A stretch of 64,000 bases of DNA from Bradyrhizobium sp. (GCA_035293585.1 DATGMN010000050.1:23274-87273), one strand, 5' to 3'. Positions 29,674 to 41,186 are shown, counted from the stretch's first letter. The notes: generated by a model from the sequence alone, not told the origin. A program made the numbers and translations.

Positions 29674-31401
29674 ATGACCAGGAAACAATGGTTATTGTCT
29701 GGATTCGTTGCATTTACATGCATTGCCTCGACTGCTGCCATCGCCGGCCCCATTGAAAACTACAGTCCGGTGACATCCGCCCGGCTCCAAAATCCCGAGC
29801 CTGGCAACTGGATGCTCTATCGCCGGACCTATGACGGGCAGGGCTATAGCCCGCTCGACCAGATCAACGCCTCCAATGTCAAGAACCTGACGCCGGTCTG
29901 GACCTTCTCCACCGGCGTGGTCGAGGGACACGAGGCGCCGCCGATCGTCAACAATGGCGTGATGTTTGTTGCGACGCCGATGGGGCAGGTGATCGCGCTC
30001 AACGCCAAGACCGGCGAGGAGTACTGGCGCTACAAGCGGCAGCTGCCCGAGGATCTGTTCCAGCTGCATCCGACCAGCCGCGGCGTCGGGCTATGGCAGG
30101 ACAAGCTCTATCTTGCGACCACCGACGATCATGTCATCGCCCTCGATGCCAAGACCGGCAAGGTGGTGTGGGACACCAAGGTGCAGGACTACAAGAAGGG
30201 CCAGTACATGACCCTGATGCCGCTGGTCGTCGACGGCAAGGTCGTGGTGGGCGGTTCCGGCGGCGAGCTCGGGGTGCGCGGCTACATCGCCGCGTTCGAT
30301 GCCGACAGCGGCAAGGAGCTCTGGCGCACCTTCACCATTCCCGGCGAGGGCGAGCCCGGGCATGACACCTGGCAAGGTGACGACTGGAAAAACGGCGGCG
30401 GGTCGGCCTGGATGACCGGCACCTACGACAACGACACCAAGACCATCTATTGGGGCGTCGGCAATGCTGCGCCCTGGCCGGGCGATGCGCATCCGGGCAA
30501 CAATCTCTATACGAGCTCGGTGCTCGCGCTCAATCCGGACAACGGCAAGATCAAGGGCTACCACCAGTACCACCAGAACGATTCATGGGACTGGGACGAG
30601 GTCGACGCGCCGATGCTGGTCAACCTGCAGAGGGACGGACGTCCCTTCAAGGCGCTGATCCATCCCGGGCGTGACTCGATCTTCTGGATCCTGGAGGCCA
30701 AGGGAGACAACATCAACTACGTCGCCGGCTGGCCGTTCGTCTACAACAATGTCTGGAAGAGCATCGACAAGGAGACCGGCAACCCGATCGTCGATCCCGC
30801 GCACAAGCCCGTGCTCGGCAAGCGGGTCGAGTTCTGCCCGTCCCTGTGGGGCGGCAAGGATTGGCCGTCGGCGTCCTACAGTCAGGAAACCAAGCTGGTC
30901 TACGTTCCCGCCAACGAGAATTTCTGCGGCGGCTTTACCGGCGAGAAGGTGCCTCTGAAGCCCGGGGAGCTGTGGCTCGGGACCAAGCCTGAGGATATCG
31001 GGCTGACGGTGCGTCCTGGTGCTGACCATTTCGGCGAGCTGCAGGCCTGGGATCCCGCCACCGGCAAGAAGGTCTGGTCGCACAACTTCCCGAAGTCGCA
31101 GCTGTTCGGCTCGGTCACGACGACGGCCGGTGGTCTGGTCTTTGCCGGCGGCACCAACGACCGCAACTTCCGCGCCTTCGATGCCAAGACCGGGGAATTG
31201 CTCTGGGAGCAGAAGACCAACTCCGGCATCATGGGCATGCCGGTGGCCTATGAGGTCGACGGCACGGAATATATTGCAATCCAGTCGGGCTGGGGCGTCG
31301 ACGCGCAGCGTATCCAGGATGCGCTCGCCGGCGACAATGTCGGCATCGAGAGCAATGTTCCGCAAGGCGGCGTCGTCTGGGTGTTCGCTGTGAAGAAGTA
31401 G
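29674..31401 (+). CDS. Type I PQQ-dependent alcohol dehydrogenase-family protein, putatively lanthanide-binding
   Basis: Signal peptide; GHE, W-motif propeller repeats, SGGE, GN, WDWDE; no CxxCH; no vicinal CC. Confidence 0.9.
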   Translation: MTRKQWLLSGFVAFTCIASTAAIAGPIENYSPVTSARLQNPEPGNWMLYRRTYDGQGYSPLDQINASNVKNLTPVWTFSTGVVEGHEAPPIVNNGVMFVATPMGQVIALNAKTGEEYWRYKRQLPEDLFQLHPTSRGVGLWQDKLYLATTDDHVIALDAKTGKVVWDTKVQDYKKGQYMTLMPLVVDGKVVVGGSGGELGVRGYIAAFDADSGKELWRTFTIPGEGEPGHDTWQGDDWKNGGGSAWMTGTYDNDTKTIYWGVGNAAPWPGDAHPGNNLYTSSVLALNPDNGKIKGYHQYHQNDSWDWDEVDAPMLVNLQRDGRPFKALIHPGRDSIFWILEAKGDNINYVAGWPFVYNNVWKSIDKETGNPIVDPAHKPVLGKRVEFCPSLWGGKDWPSASYSQETKLVYVPANENFCGGFTGEKVPLKPGELWLGTKPEDIGLTVRPGADHFGELQAWDPATGKKVWSHNFPKSQLFGSVTTTAGGLVFAGGTNDRNFRAFDAKTGELLWEQKTNSGIMGMPVAYEVDGTEYIAIQSGWGVDAQRIQDALAGDNVGIESNVPQGGVVWVFAVKK

Positions 31402-31429
31402 AAAAGCAGAAGCGAAACGCAGCCGACAG

Positions 31430-31467
31430 GGAGGCGGCGGAGCATGCTCCGCCGCCTCCTTCATTTT
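31430..31467. terminator. Hairpin terminator between convergent genes
   Basis: 30-bp palindrome GGAGGCGGCGGAGCATGCTCCGCCGCCTCC followed by TTCATTTT. Confidence 0.75.
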
Positions 31468-31471
31468 GCGG

Positions 31472-31738
31472 CTATTTTCCCTCGGTCTCGACCTTGCGTT
31501 TTGCCTCGTCGTTCATCTGCTTGACGGTCGGATCAGGATTGGCCTCGCCGGTCGTCTGCGTGGTGGTCGCAGGCGGAGCGTTGGTGTTGGGAATGGAGGT
31601 CTGGCCCGGCGGCGATTTGGCCGGTCGCGTTGCCGTCGCGGGCGGTGGGGAATTCGCCTCGTCGCTCAGGGCAGGGGTGGCTGAGAAGAAAGCGCCCGCC
31701 ATCAGCGACATGGCGAGCGCTCGATGTGTGAGTTTCAT
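31472..31738 (-). CDS. Small secreted Pro/Thr-rich hypothetical protein
   Basis: Signal peptide ending in ALS; low-complexity body; GGAGA RBS upstream. Confidence 0.7.
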   Translation of the reverse strand: MKLTHRALAMSLMAGAFFSATPALSDEANSPPPATATRPAKSPPGQTSIPNTNAPPATTTQTTGEANPDPTVKQMNDEAKRKVETEGK

Positions 31739-31798
31739 CGATCCGTCTCCTGTCAGATCGATGAAAACGATTGTTGGGGCGCAGTGTTCCGCGTTCCC

Positions 31799-34132
31799 TC
31801 ACGTCTCCAGTTGCTTGCCGATCGGCAGCGCACGGATGCGCTTGCCGGTCGCGGCAAAGATGGCATTGATCAGCGCCGGCGCGAACGGCGGCACGCCGGG
31901 CTCGCCCACGCCGCTCGGCGGCGTATCGGGGCCGGGCGGCACGATATGGACGTTGGTCACCAACGGTGCCTCGTCGATGCGGACCACCGGGAAGTCGTCG
32001 AAATTCTTCTGCTGCACCTTGCCGTCCTTGAAGGTGATCTCGCCATATTTGGCGAGGCTCAGCCCCATGATGGCGGCGCCCTCGATCTGGGACTGGATGC
32101 GCTCCGGATTGACATAGGTGCCGCAATCGATGGCGGTGTCGACCCGCGGCACCGTCAGCTTGCCCTTGTCGTCGACGGCCACCTCGACGACGGTGGCGAT
32201 ATAGCTGACGAAGCTGCGATGGACGGCGATTCCGAGCCCATGGCCCTTCGGCACCGAGCGCCCCCAGCCGGCTTTGTCGGCGACCAGTTCGACCACCGCC
32301 CGCAGCCGGGCGGTGTCGATCGGATAGCTGGAATAGGGCTCGCCATAGTTCCAGGGATCCTTCACCGACGACAGGTCGACAATCCGCGGCGAGCCGATCA
32401 GCTCGAGCAGCATCTCCTTCTGGTCGCGGCCCGTGGCCTGCGCGAGCTCGCCGACCATGGACTGCACGGCAAACGCGCGTGGGATGTTGGACACCGAGCG
32501 GAACCAGCCGATGCGGGTATGCGCCGCCGCTTCCGGATTCTCGCATTGCAGGTTTGCGATCTCGAAGGGATTGTCGATCAGGCCCATGCCGAGCTCGAAC
32601 GCCGCCTCATGGACCGTGCCGGCCGCGAAGGTCGAGGCGATGCTGGGGGCGACACTGCGGTGGCGCCAGGCGATCACCTTGCCGTTCTTGTCGAGGCCGG
32701 CTTCGATCCGCTCAACCGAGACCGTATGCACGAAGTCATGCCGTACATCGTCCTCGCGCGTCCACTGCACCTTCACGGGTGCCTTGAGCGCCTGCGACAG
32801 CAGCGCCGCCTCCAGCGCGTAATCGCATTTCGACTTGCGGCCGAAGCCGCCGCCGAGCAGCGTGACGTTGATGGTGACGTTGTCCTCGGGGATGCCGAGC
32901 GTCTTGGCGACGTCCTCGCGCGTGCCGCCCGGGCTTTGTACCGGCGCCCAGATCTCGGCCTTGTCGCCGGTGACATTGGCCACGGCAACCGGCGGCTCCA
33001 TGCTGACATGGGCAAGATGCGGCAGGTAATATTCGCCGACGATCACCTTGTCGGCGCTCTTCAAGGCGGCGTCCACGTCGCCTTCCTTGCGCACGACGAG
33101 CCCCGGCTTGCGCGCGGCTTCCTCGAGCTCGGCACGGTAGGCGACCGAGTCGTATTTGGCATTGGCGCCGTCGTCCCAGGTGATCTTCAGCGCGTCGCGG
33201 CCCTTGATCGCGGCCCCGGTGTTGCGCCCGATCACGGCCACGCCGCCGAGCGGCTGGAATTTCGACGGCCACGGCCAACCCTTGACCTCCATGACCTTCT
33301 CGACACCGGAGACTTTCATGGCATCGGTCGAGTCGAACGAGACCAGCTTGCCGCCGGTCACCGGAGGACGCGCGATCACGGCGTACTTCATGCCGGGCAG
33401 GCGGATATCGGCGCCGTAGCCGGCCTTGCCGGTGGTGATGTCGTGCAGGTCGACGATGCTGACCTCGCCCTTGCCGAGATAACGGAAATTTTTCGGGTCC
33501 TTCAGCTTCAGCGTGTCGATTGCCGGCACCGGCTCTTTGGCGGCGTCCGCAGCCAGATCGCCGAAGCCGAGCTTCCGTCCGGTGGCGTCATGGACCACCT
33601 CGTGATTGACCGCCTTCACCTCGGCGACCGGAACGCCCCAGCGTTTCGCCGCGGCCTGTTCCAGCATGGTGCGGGCGGAGGCGCCGATCTGCCGCATCGG
33701 CATCAGATAATGCCGCGTGCTGCGCGAGCCGTCGGTGTCCTGGTTGCCGTATTTGACCTCGTCGCCATGGGCCTGCTGGACGTGAACGCGCGACCAGTCG
33801 GCGTCCAGTTCCTCGGCAACGATCAGGGGCAGGCTGGTGCGGACGCCGGTGCCCATCTCCGAACGATGTGCGACGATGGTGACGCTGCCGTCGGGGGCGA
33901 TGGCCACGAACACCCGCGGATCAACCACGACGCCGTGCGGCATCTTGTCGGCGCCGGTCTGGTAGGCGGCGAAAGCCGGCCGGCTCATGATGGGTGCGGC
34001 GAGCACGAAGCCGCCCGCGATCCCGAGCGCCTTCAGCATGCTGCGGCGCGAGACGTTCTCGATTGCGGCCGGCTGGACCGATCGTTCAAAGCCGCGGAGT
34101 TTCTTCGGGTTGGCAATGATGTTCATGATCAC
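31799..34132 (-). CDS. Xanthine-oxidase-family molybdopterin subunit (IorB-like), Tat-exported
   Basis: SRRSML Tat motif; [28 protein letters not shown]. Confidence 0.92.
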   Translation of the reverse strand: MIMNIIANPKKLRGFERSVQPAAIENVSRRSMLKALGIAGGFVLAAPIMSRPAFAAYQTGADKMPHGVVVDPRVFVAIAPDGSVTIVAHRSEMGTGVRTSLPLIVAEELDADWSRVHVQQAHGDEVKYGNQDTDGSRSTRHYLMPMRQIGASARTMLEQAAAKRWGVPVAEVKAVNHEVVHDATGRKLGFGDLAADAAKEPVPAIDTLKLKDPKNFRYLGKGEVSIVDLHDITTGKAGYGADIRLPGMKYAVIARPPVTGGKLVSFDSTDAMKVSGVEKVMEVKGWPWPSKFQPLGGVAVIGRNTGAAIKGRDALKITWDDGANAKYDSVAYRAELEEAARKPGLVVRKEGDVDAALKSADKVIVGEYYLPHLAHVSMEPPVAVANVTGDKAEIWAPVQSPGGTREDVAKTLGIPEDNVTINVTLLGGGFGRKSKCDYALEAALLSQALKAPVKVQWTREDDVRHDFVHTVSVERIEAGLDKNGKVIAWRHRSVAPSIASTFAAGTVHEAAFELGMGLIDNPFEIANLQCENPEAAAHTRIGWFRSVSNIPRAFAVQSMVGELAQATGRDQKEMLLELIGSPRIVDLSSVKDPWNYGEPYSSYPIDTARLRAVVELVADKAGWGRSVPKGHGLGIAVHRSFVSYIATVVEVAVDDKGKLTVPRVDTAIDCGTYVNPERIQSQIEGAAIMGLSLAKYGEITFKDGKVQQKNFDDFPVVRIDEAPLVTNVHIVPPGPDTPPSGVGEPGVPPFAPALINAIFAATGKRIRALPIGKQLET

Positions 34133-34581
34133 ACCCCCGTCGAGGCGAGATGAATGGCGTTTTCGATGCGCTGATAGCAGCCGCAGCGGCAGATGTTGCC
34201 CGCCATCGCCTCGCGGATCTGGTCATGCGAAGGTTTGGGATTGTCGGTGAGCAGCGCGGCCGCCTGCATGATCTGGCCGGCCTGGCAGAAGCCGCATTGC
34301 GGCACGTTCATCTGGCGCCAGGCCTTCTGCACCGGATGATCGCCGGTGGGGTGGAGGCCCTCGATGGTGGTGACCGCGCGGCCGGCCACGTCGGAGACGG
34401 CGGTGACGCAGGAACGCACCGCCTCCTTGTCGACCATCACGGTGCAGGCCCCGCAAAGCGCCTGGCCGCAGCCGAATTTCGTGCCGGTCAGACCGGCTTC
34501 ATCGCGGAGAAACCAGAGCAGCGACAGGTTCGGGTCGCCGTCCCAATCGTGGTCCTGGCCGTTGATTTTCAATTTGATCAT
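34129..34581 (-). CDS. [2Fe-2S] small subunit (IorA-like)
   Basis: [27 protein letters not shown]. Confidence 0.93.
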   Translation of the reverse strand: MIKLKINGQDHDWDGDPNLSLLWFLRDEAGLTGTKFGCGQALCGACTVMVDKEAVRSCVTAVSDVAGRAVTTIEGLHPTGDHPVQKAWRQMNVPQCGFCQAGQIMQAAALLTDNPKPSHDQIREAMAGNICRCGCYQRIENAIHLASTGV

Positions 34582-34996
34582 GATCGCTTCTCGCTCTTCT
34601 TAAGCCTCTGATGTCGAGTCGATGTTCGGCCGATGTTGGATCTGGCGCAGGCTGGAACATGCTTCCAGTTGCCTGCATCGACCGCTAATGCCAGCGACGC
34701 GAAATCAAGATCGCGTCAGTCGGCCTGACAGACTTCAATGCACGATCTGTTCGGGTGGTTGTCCCTTGCGCACGCCTCCTGCCGAGTTCGGTTGTTGGTT
34801 CTTATGCAGGTGGACCTTCACGAAGAAGGTCGTGATGCTAACAGAGATTCAAGTAAAAAGACTTCACAGAAGCTTGTTTGGCAATTCCGTTTGTCAAAAG
34901 CGGGGCGGGCTTTGCCTGCGTTTGAAATTTGCAAGCGCGCGGCCGCCGATGTTCGCAACGCTGACATCAGTAACGCCGCCATCGGTAACGCAATGC

Positions 34997-35075
34997 AAAA
35001 AAAGCCTCGCGCGGCTGAGCCGGGCGAGGCAAGACCTCAAGTCAGGGGGGAGAGAAGTTGGCGCGGCCCCAGGCG
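34997..35075 (-). ncRNA. Candidate suhB/MmgR-like small RNA ending in an intrinsic terminator (5' end uncertain)
   Basis: Minus strand reads ...CTTCTCTCCCCCCTGACTTGAGGTCTT, then a GCCTCGC/GCGAGGC hairpin and T7; an anti-SD tract plus GACTTG before a terminator resembles MmgR. Confidence 0.5.
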
Positions 35076-35236
35076 CTCCATTTGGCAATCCAGTGAGACC
35101 CCAGATGGGAACCAGCGGGCCGTCGACCCGACGCATTTATTGTCCCGGATGCTGCTCCGAGAGCCGCGTGCGTCGCTCGCGGATCCTGCCGGCGGCGACT
35201 ATGCCACCGGCCGATAGCGGATCAGGTTGGTCCCGG

Positions 35237-35800
35237 TCAGGCCGCCTTGGCCTTGGCCACATGGGTCGCGATCGCATCCATCAGCGGCGGCGACAGGCAG
35301 TCATAGGGCTCGAGCCCGAGTTCCTTCAGACGGGCGCGGATGCCGTCCATCTGCTCGGGCTTGACGCCCGATTCGATGACGGAGGACACGAAGGCGGCAA
35401 ATCCGGGCGCTGCCGAGCCGCTCTCCTGGAACAGTTCGGGGTGAATGAAGTCGAGCCCGTAGAACGGATGGCCGGTGTTCTCGATGCGACCGTACATGTG
35501 GGTCCCGCAGGCCTTGCAGGCATGGCGCTGGATGACCGCGGAGGGATCGACGATCTGCAGCTTGTCGCCATTCTCCAGCACGGTCACGTTCTGCCGCGGC
35601 ACGACGGCGACGACGGAGAAGGTCGCGCCCTGCGGCTTCCAGCACTTGGTGCAGCCGCAGGCATGGTTATGGGCGACGTCGCCCTTGATGCCGACCTTGA
35701 CCGGATGGTCGGTGCATTTGCAGACCAGGGTCCCTCCCGCGAAGGTGCCGGAGCCTTTTTTCACGCCGTTATCAACCGATGGGTGGATGTGGACGGTCAT
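35237..35800 (-). CDS. gfa: Glutathione-dependent formaldehyde-activating enzyme
   Basis: [35 protein letters not shown]; AGGAGG RBS. Confidence 0.96.
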   Translation of the reverse strand: MTVHIHPSVDNGVKKGSGTFAGGTLVCKCTDHPVKVGIKGDVAHNHACGCTKCWKPQGATFSVVAVVPRQNVTVLENGDKLQIVDPSAVIQRHACKACGTHMYGRIENTGHPFYGLDFIHPELFQESGSAAPGFAAFVSSVIESGVKPEQMDGIRARLKELGLEPYDCLSPPLMDAIATHVAKAKAA

Positions 35801-35832
35801 AGTCAATCCTCCTTGTGTGCGACATTCTTGCT

Positions 35833-36942
35833 TTAGAACACGACGACCGAGCGTATCGACTTGCCCTCATGCATCAGGTCGAAGCCCTTGTTGATCTCCT
35901 CGAGCTTCAGCACGTGGGTAATCATCGGATCGATCTGGATCTTGCCGTTCATGTACCAGTCGACGATCTTCGGAACGTCGGTGCGACCGCGCGCGCCGCC
36001 GAACGCGGTGCCTTTCCAGACACGACCGGTGACCAGTTGGAAGGGCCGGGTGGCGATTTCCTTGCCGGCCTCGGCGACGCCGATGATGACGGAGACGCCC
36101 CAGCCGCGATGGCAGCATTCCAGCGCCTGGCGCATCACGGTGGTGTTGCCGGTGCAGTCGAAGGTGTAGTCGGCGCCGCCGTCGGTCAGCGTGACCAGAT
36201 GCTGGACGATGTCGCCGGTCACCTTCTTCGGATTGACGAAATGGGTCATGCCGAACCTGCGGCCCCATTCCTCCTTGCCGTCGTTGACGTCGACGCCGAT
36301 GATCTTGTCGGCGCCCACCATCTTGGCGCCCTGGATCACGTTCAGTCCGATGCCGCCGAGGCCGAACACCACGACGTTTGAGCCAGGGGTGACCTGCGCG
36401 GTGTTGACCACGGCGCCGACGCCGGTGGTGACGCCGCAACCGATGTAGCAGCTCTTGTCGAAGGGGGCGTCTTCGCGAATCTTGGCGACCGCGATCTCGG
36501 GCAGCACGGTGTGGTTCGCGAAGGTCGAGCATCCCATATAGTGGTAGATCGGCTTGCCCTTGTAGCTGAAGCGGGACGTGCCGTCGGGCATCAGGCCCTT
36601 GCCCTGGGTGGCGCGGATCGCGGTGCAGAGATTGGTCTTGCGGCTGAGGCAGCTTTTGCATTGCCGGCATTCCGGCGTGTAAAGCGGGATCACGTGATCG
36701 CCGGGCTTCACCGAGGTCACGCCCGCGCCGATCTCGCGGACGATGCCCGCGCCCTCATGGCCGAGGATGGAGGGGAAGATGCCCTCGCTGTCGAAGCCGT
36801 CCAGCGTGTAGGCGTCGGTGTGGCAGATGCCTGTCGCCTTGATCTCGACCAGCACCTCGCCGGGCTTCGGGCCTTCGAGATCGACTTCGACGATTTCAAG
36901 CGGCTTCTTCGCCTCGAAAGCGACGGCGGCGCGTGTCTTCAT
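35833..36942 (-). CDS. frmA: S-(hydroxymethyl)glutathione dehydrogenase (class III ADH; FlhA/AdhC)
   Basis: [31 protein letters not shown]. Confidence 0.97.
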   Translation of the reverse strand: MKTRAAVAFEAKKPLEIVEVDLEGPKPGEVLVEIKATGICHTDAYTLDGFDSEGIFPSILGHEGAGIVREIGAGVTSVKPGDHVIPLYTPECRQCKSCLSRKTNLCTAIRATQGKGLMPDGTSRFSYKGKPIYHYMGCSTFANHTVLPEIAVAKIREDAPFDKSCYIGCGVTTGVGAVVNTAQVTPGSNVVVFGLGGIGLNVIQGAKMVGADKIIGVDVNDGKEEWGRRFGMTHFVNPKKVTGDIVQHLVTLTDGGADYTFDCTGNTTVMRQALECCHRGWGVSVIIGVAEAGKEIATRPFQLVTGRVWKGTAFGGARGRTDVPKIVDWYMNGKIQIDPMITHVLKLEEINKGFDLMHEGKSIRSVVVF

Positions 36943-37005
36943 TGTAGCCTCCTGATTCCTTCTTGAAGACGGTCAGACATAGATGTCACTCGCGCTTCCG
37001 GATAT

Positions 37006-37551
37006 TTAATGTTTGTTGCCCATGCAACTATCTTCTGCATCGGTATAGGCCTGCGTCTTGTCCTCGTGATTGGCCGGACGCACGCGGCCCACGGCATCAT
37101 TGGCACGGGCCCGCAGATAGACATAGAGGTCGTCCATGTAGCAGGCGACGTTGGGATTGGTGCCGAATGCCGGCATCACGTTCTCCGTCGAGGAGGTGAC
37201 GTTCCTGCGGCCGCTTGCGACGGTGCCGAGAAAATCGGCATAGCTCATGGTCTTGAGCGAGTCCTTCAGCGCCGGTGCGTAGGTCGATCCCATGCCGTCA
37301 GGTCCATGGCAGACGTGGCACTCCGAGTGATAACGGCGGTAGCCGGAATAGGTGTACCAGTCCACGGTGCCGTCAGCTCCGATCTTGTAGGTTGGATTTC
37401 CGTCCTTGTCGTAATACTCCCCGTTGTCGGACTTCTTCACGGCAGCCGGATCTCCGGAGCCGTCGGCTACGGCTAGTCCTTCTGCAGCCACGAGCATCGT
37501 CGCTGCCAGCACTAAACAAATGATGCGCAAGAGCTTGTCCTTGACTCTCAT
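37006..37551 (-). CDS. xoxG: Cytochrome c, electron acceptor of XoxF
   Basis: Signal peptide; CHVCHG heme motif; MPAFG; directly downstream of xoxF. Confidence 0.88.
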   Translation of the reverse strand: MRVKDKLLRIICLVLAATMLVAAEGLAVADGSGDPAAVKKSDNGEYYDKDGNPTYKIGADGTVDWYTYSGYRRYHSECHVCHGPDGMGSTYAPALKDSLKTMSYADFLGTVASGRRNVTSSTENVMPAFGTNPNVACYMDDLYVYLRARANDAVGRVRPANHEDKTQAYTDAEDSCMGNKH

Positions 37552-37562
37552 ATCAGAGGCGA

Positions 37563-37591
37563 CCGGCGCGTGGAGCTATTCCACGCGCCGG
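37563..37591. other. Intercistronic hairpin between xoxF and xoxG
   Basis: 12-bp perfect stem CCGGCGCGTGGA / TCCACGCGCCGG with 5-nt loop and no long U tract. Confidence 0.65.
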
Positions 37592-37614
37592 CAGTGAGAT
37601 AAGCGAGCCTTGCC

Positions 37615-39417
37615 TTATGGCAGAGCGAACACGGTGAGCGAGCCACCGAGGGAGGTGTAGTTGCTCAGGGCGGCATAGCCGCCGACCGCGCCGAGACCTG
37701 CGGTCGGATCGGTCAGGCCGGCCGCGAGACCGATGCCTGCCCAGCCGCCGACACCGGAGAGCACTGCGATATATTGCTTGCCGCCGTGCTCATAGGTGGT
37801 GACGTTGCCGATGATGCCGGACGGAGTCTTGAACTTGTAGAGCTCCTTGCCCGTCTTGGCATCGACCGCCTTGAGATAGCCCTCGAGCGTGCCGTAGAAC
37901 ACGACGTTGCCCGCGGTCGCAAGCGCACCCGACCAGACCGAGAACTGCTCCTTGTCCGACCAGACGATCTTGCCGGTCTTGCCGTCCCAGGCAATGAAGT
38001 TGCCCATGTTGCTGTCACCGGGAGGCGGATACATCGACAGCGTCGCACCCACATAGGGCTGACCAGCGGTGTAGCTCACCTTGAACGGCTCATAGTCCAT
38101 GCAGACATGGTTGGTCGGGACGTAGAACAGCTGAGTGTCCGGCGAGTAGGCTGCCGGCTGCTCGTCCTTGGAGCCGAGCGCGGCCGGGCAGATGCCCTTG
38201 CTGTTGTGGTCTTCGCCGTTGGCTTCCGTCGAGTATTGCGAGATCACCTTCGGACGGCCGTAGGTCGGCGAGTTCTTGTCCATGTCCACGCCGGAGGTCC
38301 AGTTGACCTTCGGGTCATACTTCTCGGCCACCAGCAACTCGCCGTTGGTCCGGTCGAGCGTATAGCCGAGGCCGTTGCGGTCGAAATGGGTCAGGAGCTT
38401 GCGCGCCTGTCCACCCATCTGCTGATCGGTGAGGATCATCTCGTTGACGCCGTCATAGTCCCACTCGTCATGGGGCGTCATCTGATAGACCCATTTCGCC
38501 ATGCCGTTGTCCGGATTGCGCGCGAAGATGGTCATGGACCACTTGTTGTCGCCCGGACGCTGCTTGGGATTCCAGGTCGAGGGATTGCCCGATCCATAAT
38601 AGACGAGATCGAGCTGCGGATCGTAGGCGACCCAGCCCCAGGTGCAGCCGCCGCCGATCTTCCACTGATCGCCTTGCCAGGTCTTCAGGCTGGAGTCCTT
38701 GCCGACCGGCTTGCCGAGTGCCGTGGTCTTCTCCGGGTCGAGCAGGACCTGATCGTCCGGCCCTTCGGAATAGGCCTTCCAGACCTGCTTGCCGCTCTTG
38801 ACGTCGTAGGCGGTCATGCTGCACTGGACGCCGAACTCGCCGCCCGAGGTGCCGACCAGGACCTTGTCCTTGACCACCAGCGGTGCCGAGGTGCCGGTCT
38901 GGCCCTTGGACGGATCGCCGTTGACGGCCGTCCACACCATGTTGCCGGTCTTGGCGTCGAGCGCGACCAGCTTGTCGTCGGCCTGATGCAGGAAGATCTT
39001 GCCGTCCGAATAGGCGAGGCCGCGATTGACCGTGTCGCAGCACATCACCGGGATGACGTTCGGATCCTGCTTGGGCTCGTACTTCCAGACGATCTTGTTG
39101 TCGTTGGAAAGGTCAATAGCGTAGACCTTGTTCGGGAACGGCGTGTGCACATACATCATGTTGCCGATGATGAGCGGGCCGCCTTCGTGACCGCGCAGCA
39201 CGCCCGTCGAGAACGTCCAGGCCACCTGCAGCTTGCCGACGTTGGACGCGTTGATCTGGTTGAGCTTGGAATAACGCGTGTTGGCGTAGTCGCCTGCCGG
39301 CATCACCCACTGTTTCGCATCCTGCGACATCTTGACCAGTTCGTCACTGGCCGATGCCCCGCTTGCGGCGAACACCGCAGTCGAGGCAAGTAACGCGGCT
39401 AGTAGCTCCTTGCGCAT
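37615..39417 (-). CDS. xoxF: Lanthanide-dependent methanol dehydrogenase XoxF (probably XoxF5)
   Basis: [10 protein letters not shown] vicinal disulfide, [23 protein letters not shown] with the extra Asp diagnostic of lanthanide enzymes. Confidence 0.97.
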   Translation of the reverse strand: MRKELLAALLASTAVFAASGASASDELVKMSQDAKQWVMPAGDYANTRYSKLNQINASNVGKLQVAWTFSTGVLRGHEGGPLIIGNMMYVHTPFPNKVYAIDLSNDNKIVWKYEPKQDPNVIPVMCCDTVNRGLAYSDGKIFLHQADDKLVALDAKTGNMVWTAVNGDPSKGQTGTSAPLVVKDKVLVGTSGGEFGVQCSMTAYDVKSGKQVWKAYSEGPDDQVLLDPEKTTALGKPVGKDSSLKTWQGDQWKIGGGCTWGWVAYDPQLDLVYYGSGNPSTWNPKQRPGDNKWSMTIFARNPDNGMAKWVYQMTPHDEWDYDGVNEMILTDQQMGGQARKLLTHFDRNGLGYTLDRTNGELLVAEKYDPKVNWTSGVDMDKNSPTYGRPKVISQYSTEANGEDHNSKGICPAALGSKDEQPAAYSPDTQLFYVPTNHVCMDYEPFKVSYTAGQPYVGATLSMYPPPGDSNMGNFIAWDGKTGKIVWSDKEQFSVWSGALATAGNVVFYGTLEGYLKAVDAKTGKELYKFKTPSGIIGNVTTYEHGGKQYIAVLSGVGGWAGIGLAAGLTDPTAGLGAVGGYAALSNYTSLGGSLTVFALP

Positions 39418-39505
39418 GTCGTATCCTCCCTTGTGAAATCCTGGGTTCCGGTCGGGCCGGCCCCACTTTTTGGCATCTCGCGGGTTTCCCTATTCCCTTC
39501 GAAAC

Positions 39506-39520
39506 CGGGAAACTTGCCCA
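39506..39520. promoter_or_regulatory. Candidate operator CGGGAAACTTGCCCA upstream of xoxF
   Basis: Two mismatches to the palindrome found at 48855 and 59711. Confidence 0.55.
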
Positions 39521-39859
39521 GAAGCGAAAACTGCTTGCTCGAAAGCGAAGCAGTGTAGATTTTTTCGCAATCACTGGTCCCGATCCGATACATCGCCAAT
39601 GCTGCACAGCGGTATGCCGGGCTTGCTCTTCGCCCAGGACTTGCCGGGCCGGGGCTAGGTTTTTCTTGACGCAGCAGAAACTAAGTCGGAGGATTGTCGA
39701 AGGGACGAACAGGCGGGCGCAGATCAGGCTGGAACGGTGGCCTCACGTTCAGGTCGAGGTGCGGATTGAAGTCACTGTCGCATCATCATTGGCTGAAGCT
39801 TGCCGCTCCGGCCGTCACGCCTTGCTCTCAGACGGTTTGCTCTCACATCGGTGACTGAA

Positions 39860-40837
39860 ATGTCCGATACGGTTCACTCGCTCACCACGTCCGGATTGTC
39901 GCCGAAAAATCAGATCCAGCGTTGGTCAGATGCGCTGACAGATCTGTGCGGCCGGTTCAACGTCGATCCGATGGAGGCGCCTTCGCTGGAGGCGCGGATC
40001 AATTACACCTCGGTGTCTCGGCTGAAACTCTGCCAGATCGAGGTCAGCCAGCACCGCATCGCGCATGCCGACTGGCGCGTCCGGTCGAGCGAGCACCCCT
40101 ATATCAAGATCATTTTCCAGACCCACGGCATATCCTATTTCGAGCAGGATGGCCGCCGCATCGAAGTGATGCCGGGGGATTGTCTGGCCTATGACGTCTC
40201 CTGTCCGCATACGATCGTCAGCCCGGCTTTCACCCGCCATGAGGTCGTGATCGTGCCGAAGGAGCTGCTGCGCGAGCGCGGCTTCCATTCGGAGCGGATG
40301 ACGGCCTGCAAATTGTCGGCACGCAACGGCACCGGTCGAATCGCTCATGAGTTCGTGCTCGCCGCGTTCGACGAGGCGACGAAACTCTCGCCCAACAGCG
40401 CCGCCGGCGTCGCCGAGACGCTGATCGATCTGTTGCTGTTGCCGCTGCGCGAGGCGGAGACGACCTTCAGCCGGGTCGGGCCCGAGGCGATGTACATCCG
40501 CGCGCAGGCCTTCATCCGCGAGCGCTTGCGCGATCCCGATCTGTGCATCGACCAGATTTCCGCCGCGCTCGGCTGCACCAAGCGCTATCTGCACATGCTG
40601 TTCAGCGAGCGCGGGATGACCGTCAGCGACTACATCTGGCAGATGAGGCTGCACCATTGCCGCCAGGAGCTCGAGGCCTGCGGCGGCAAGACCATCACCG
40701 ACGTGGCTTTTTCCTGGGGTTTCTCCAGCTCGTCGCATTTCAGCCGCGTCTTCCGCAAATATTTCGGGGTCGTGCCGTCGTCGATCCACAAGGCGCAACT
40801 CGCGAGTTCCGCGAGCCAACGTGAGTCGCTTGCCTGA
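39860..40837 (+). CDS. AraC-family regulator (FeaR-like N-terminal domain), divergent from xoxF
   Basis: LRDPDL, ISAALGCTKRYLH, ITDVAFSWGFSSSSHFSRVFRKYFG. Confidence 0.93.
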   Translation: MSDTVHSLTTSGLSPKNQIQRWSDALTDLCGRFNVDPMEAPSLEARINYTSVSRLKLCQIEVSQHRIAHADWRVRSSEHPYIKIIFQTHGISYFEQDGRRIEVMPGDCLAYDVSCPHTIVSPAFTRHEVVIVPKELLRERGFHSERMTACKLSARNGTGRIAHEFVLAAFDEATKLSPNSAAGVAETLIDLLLLPLREAETTFSRVGPEAMYIRAQAFIRERLRDPDLCIDQISAALGCTKRYLHMLFSERGMTVSDYIWQMRLHHCRQELEACGGKTITDVAFSWGFSSSSHFSRVFRKYFGVVPSSIHKAQLASSASQRESLA

Positions 40838-40919
40838 GCCCGTTGCCTGAGCATCTGATGGTTGGCCGGAGCGAGCCGGCGGTTCTTTGCGGAAACGCCG
40901 CGCGAATCAGCGCTGATGG

Positions 40920-41174
40920 TTAGAAATCAGTTGCTGCCTGATTGCAGGCTGACGGCCGCGGCCTGGTGCCTCGCTTCTCGATGGGCACGTTGCAATTGTC
41001 GATTCGCTGCTCGTCGGTCCATTTCGGGCCCAGCCGTTCCTTGCCGGTGAGGATTTTGGGCGCGTTGGCTTGCTCCTGCTTCGCCGGCGCTTGCGTTACG
41101 TCCTGGCCAAGCGCCGATATGGCAGAGCCGACGCCAAGCGATGCGGCAAGCAGCGCGCGGACGAATGTTTTCAT
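40920..41174 (-). CDS. Small secreted hypothetical protein with two Cys
   Basis: AAGGAG RBS; signal peptide; LTGKERLGPKWTDEQRIDNCNVP. Confidence 0.75.
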   Translation of the reverse strand: MKTFVRALLAASLGVGSAISALGQDVTQAPAKQEQANAPKILTGKERLGPKWTDEQRIDNCNVPIEKRGTRPRPSACNQAATDF

Positions 41175-41186
41175 GGCCCACTCCTT

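Noticed and set aside
29674-31401. Calling the second quinoprotein exaF/pedH
   Set aside because: It lacks the vicinal Cys-Cys and the adjacent cytochrome c typical of those enzymes.
34622-35236. Plus-strand ORFs in the iorA-gfa gap
   Set aside because: No motifs or clear RBS; the region is better explained as promoter plus terminator/sRNA.
37615-39417. Calling the methanol dehydrogenase mxaF
   Set aside because: It has WDYDG (extra Asp) rather than the Ala-containing MxaF motif, and there is no mxaI nearby.
39418-39860. Lanthanide riboswitch upstream of xoxF
   Set aside because: Hairpins exist, but I see no recognisable aptamer or expression platform; kept only as a low-interest structural note.
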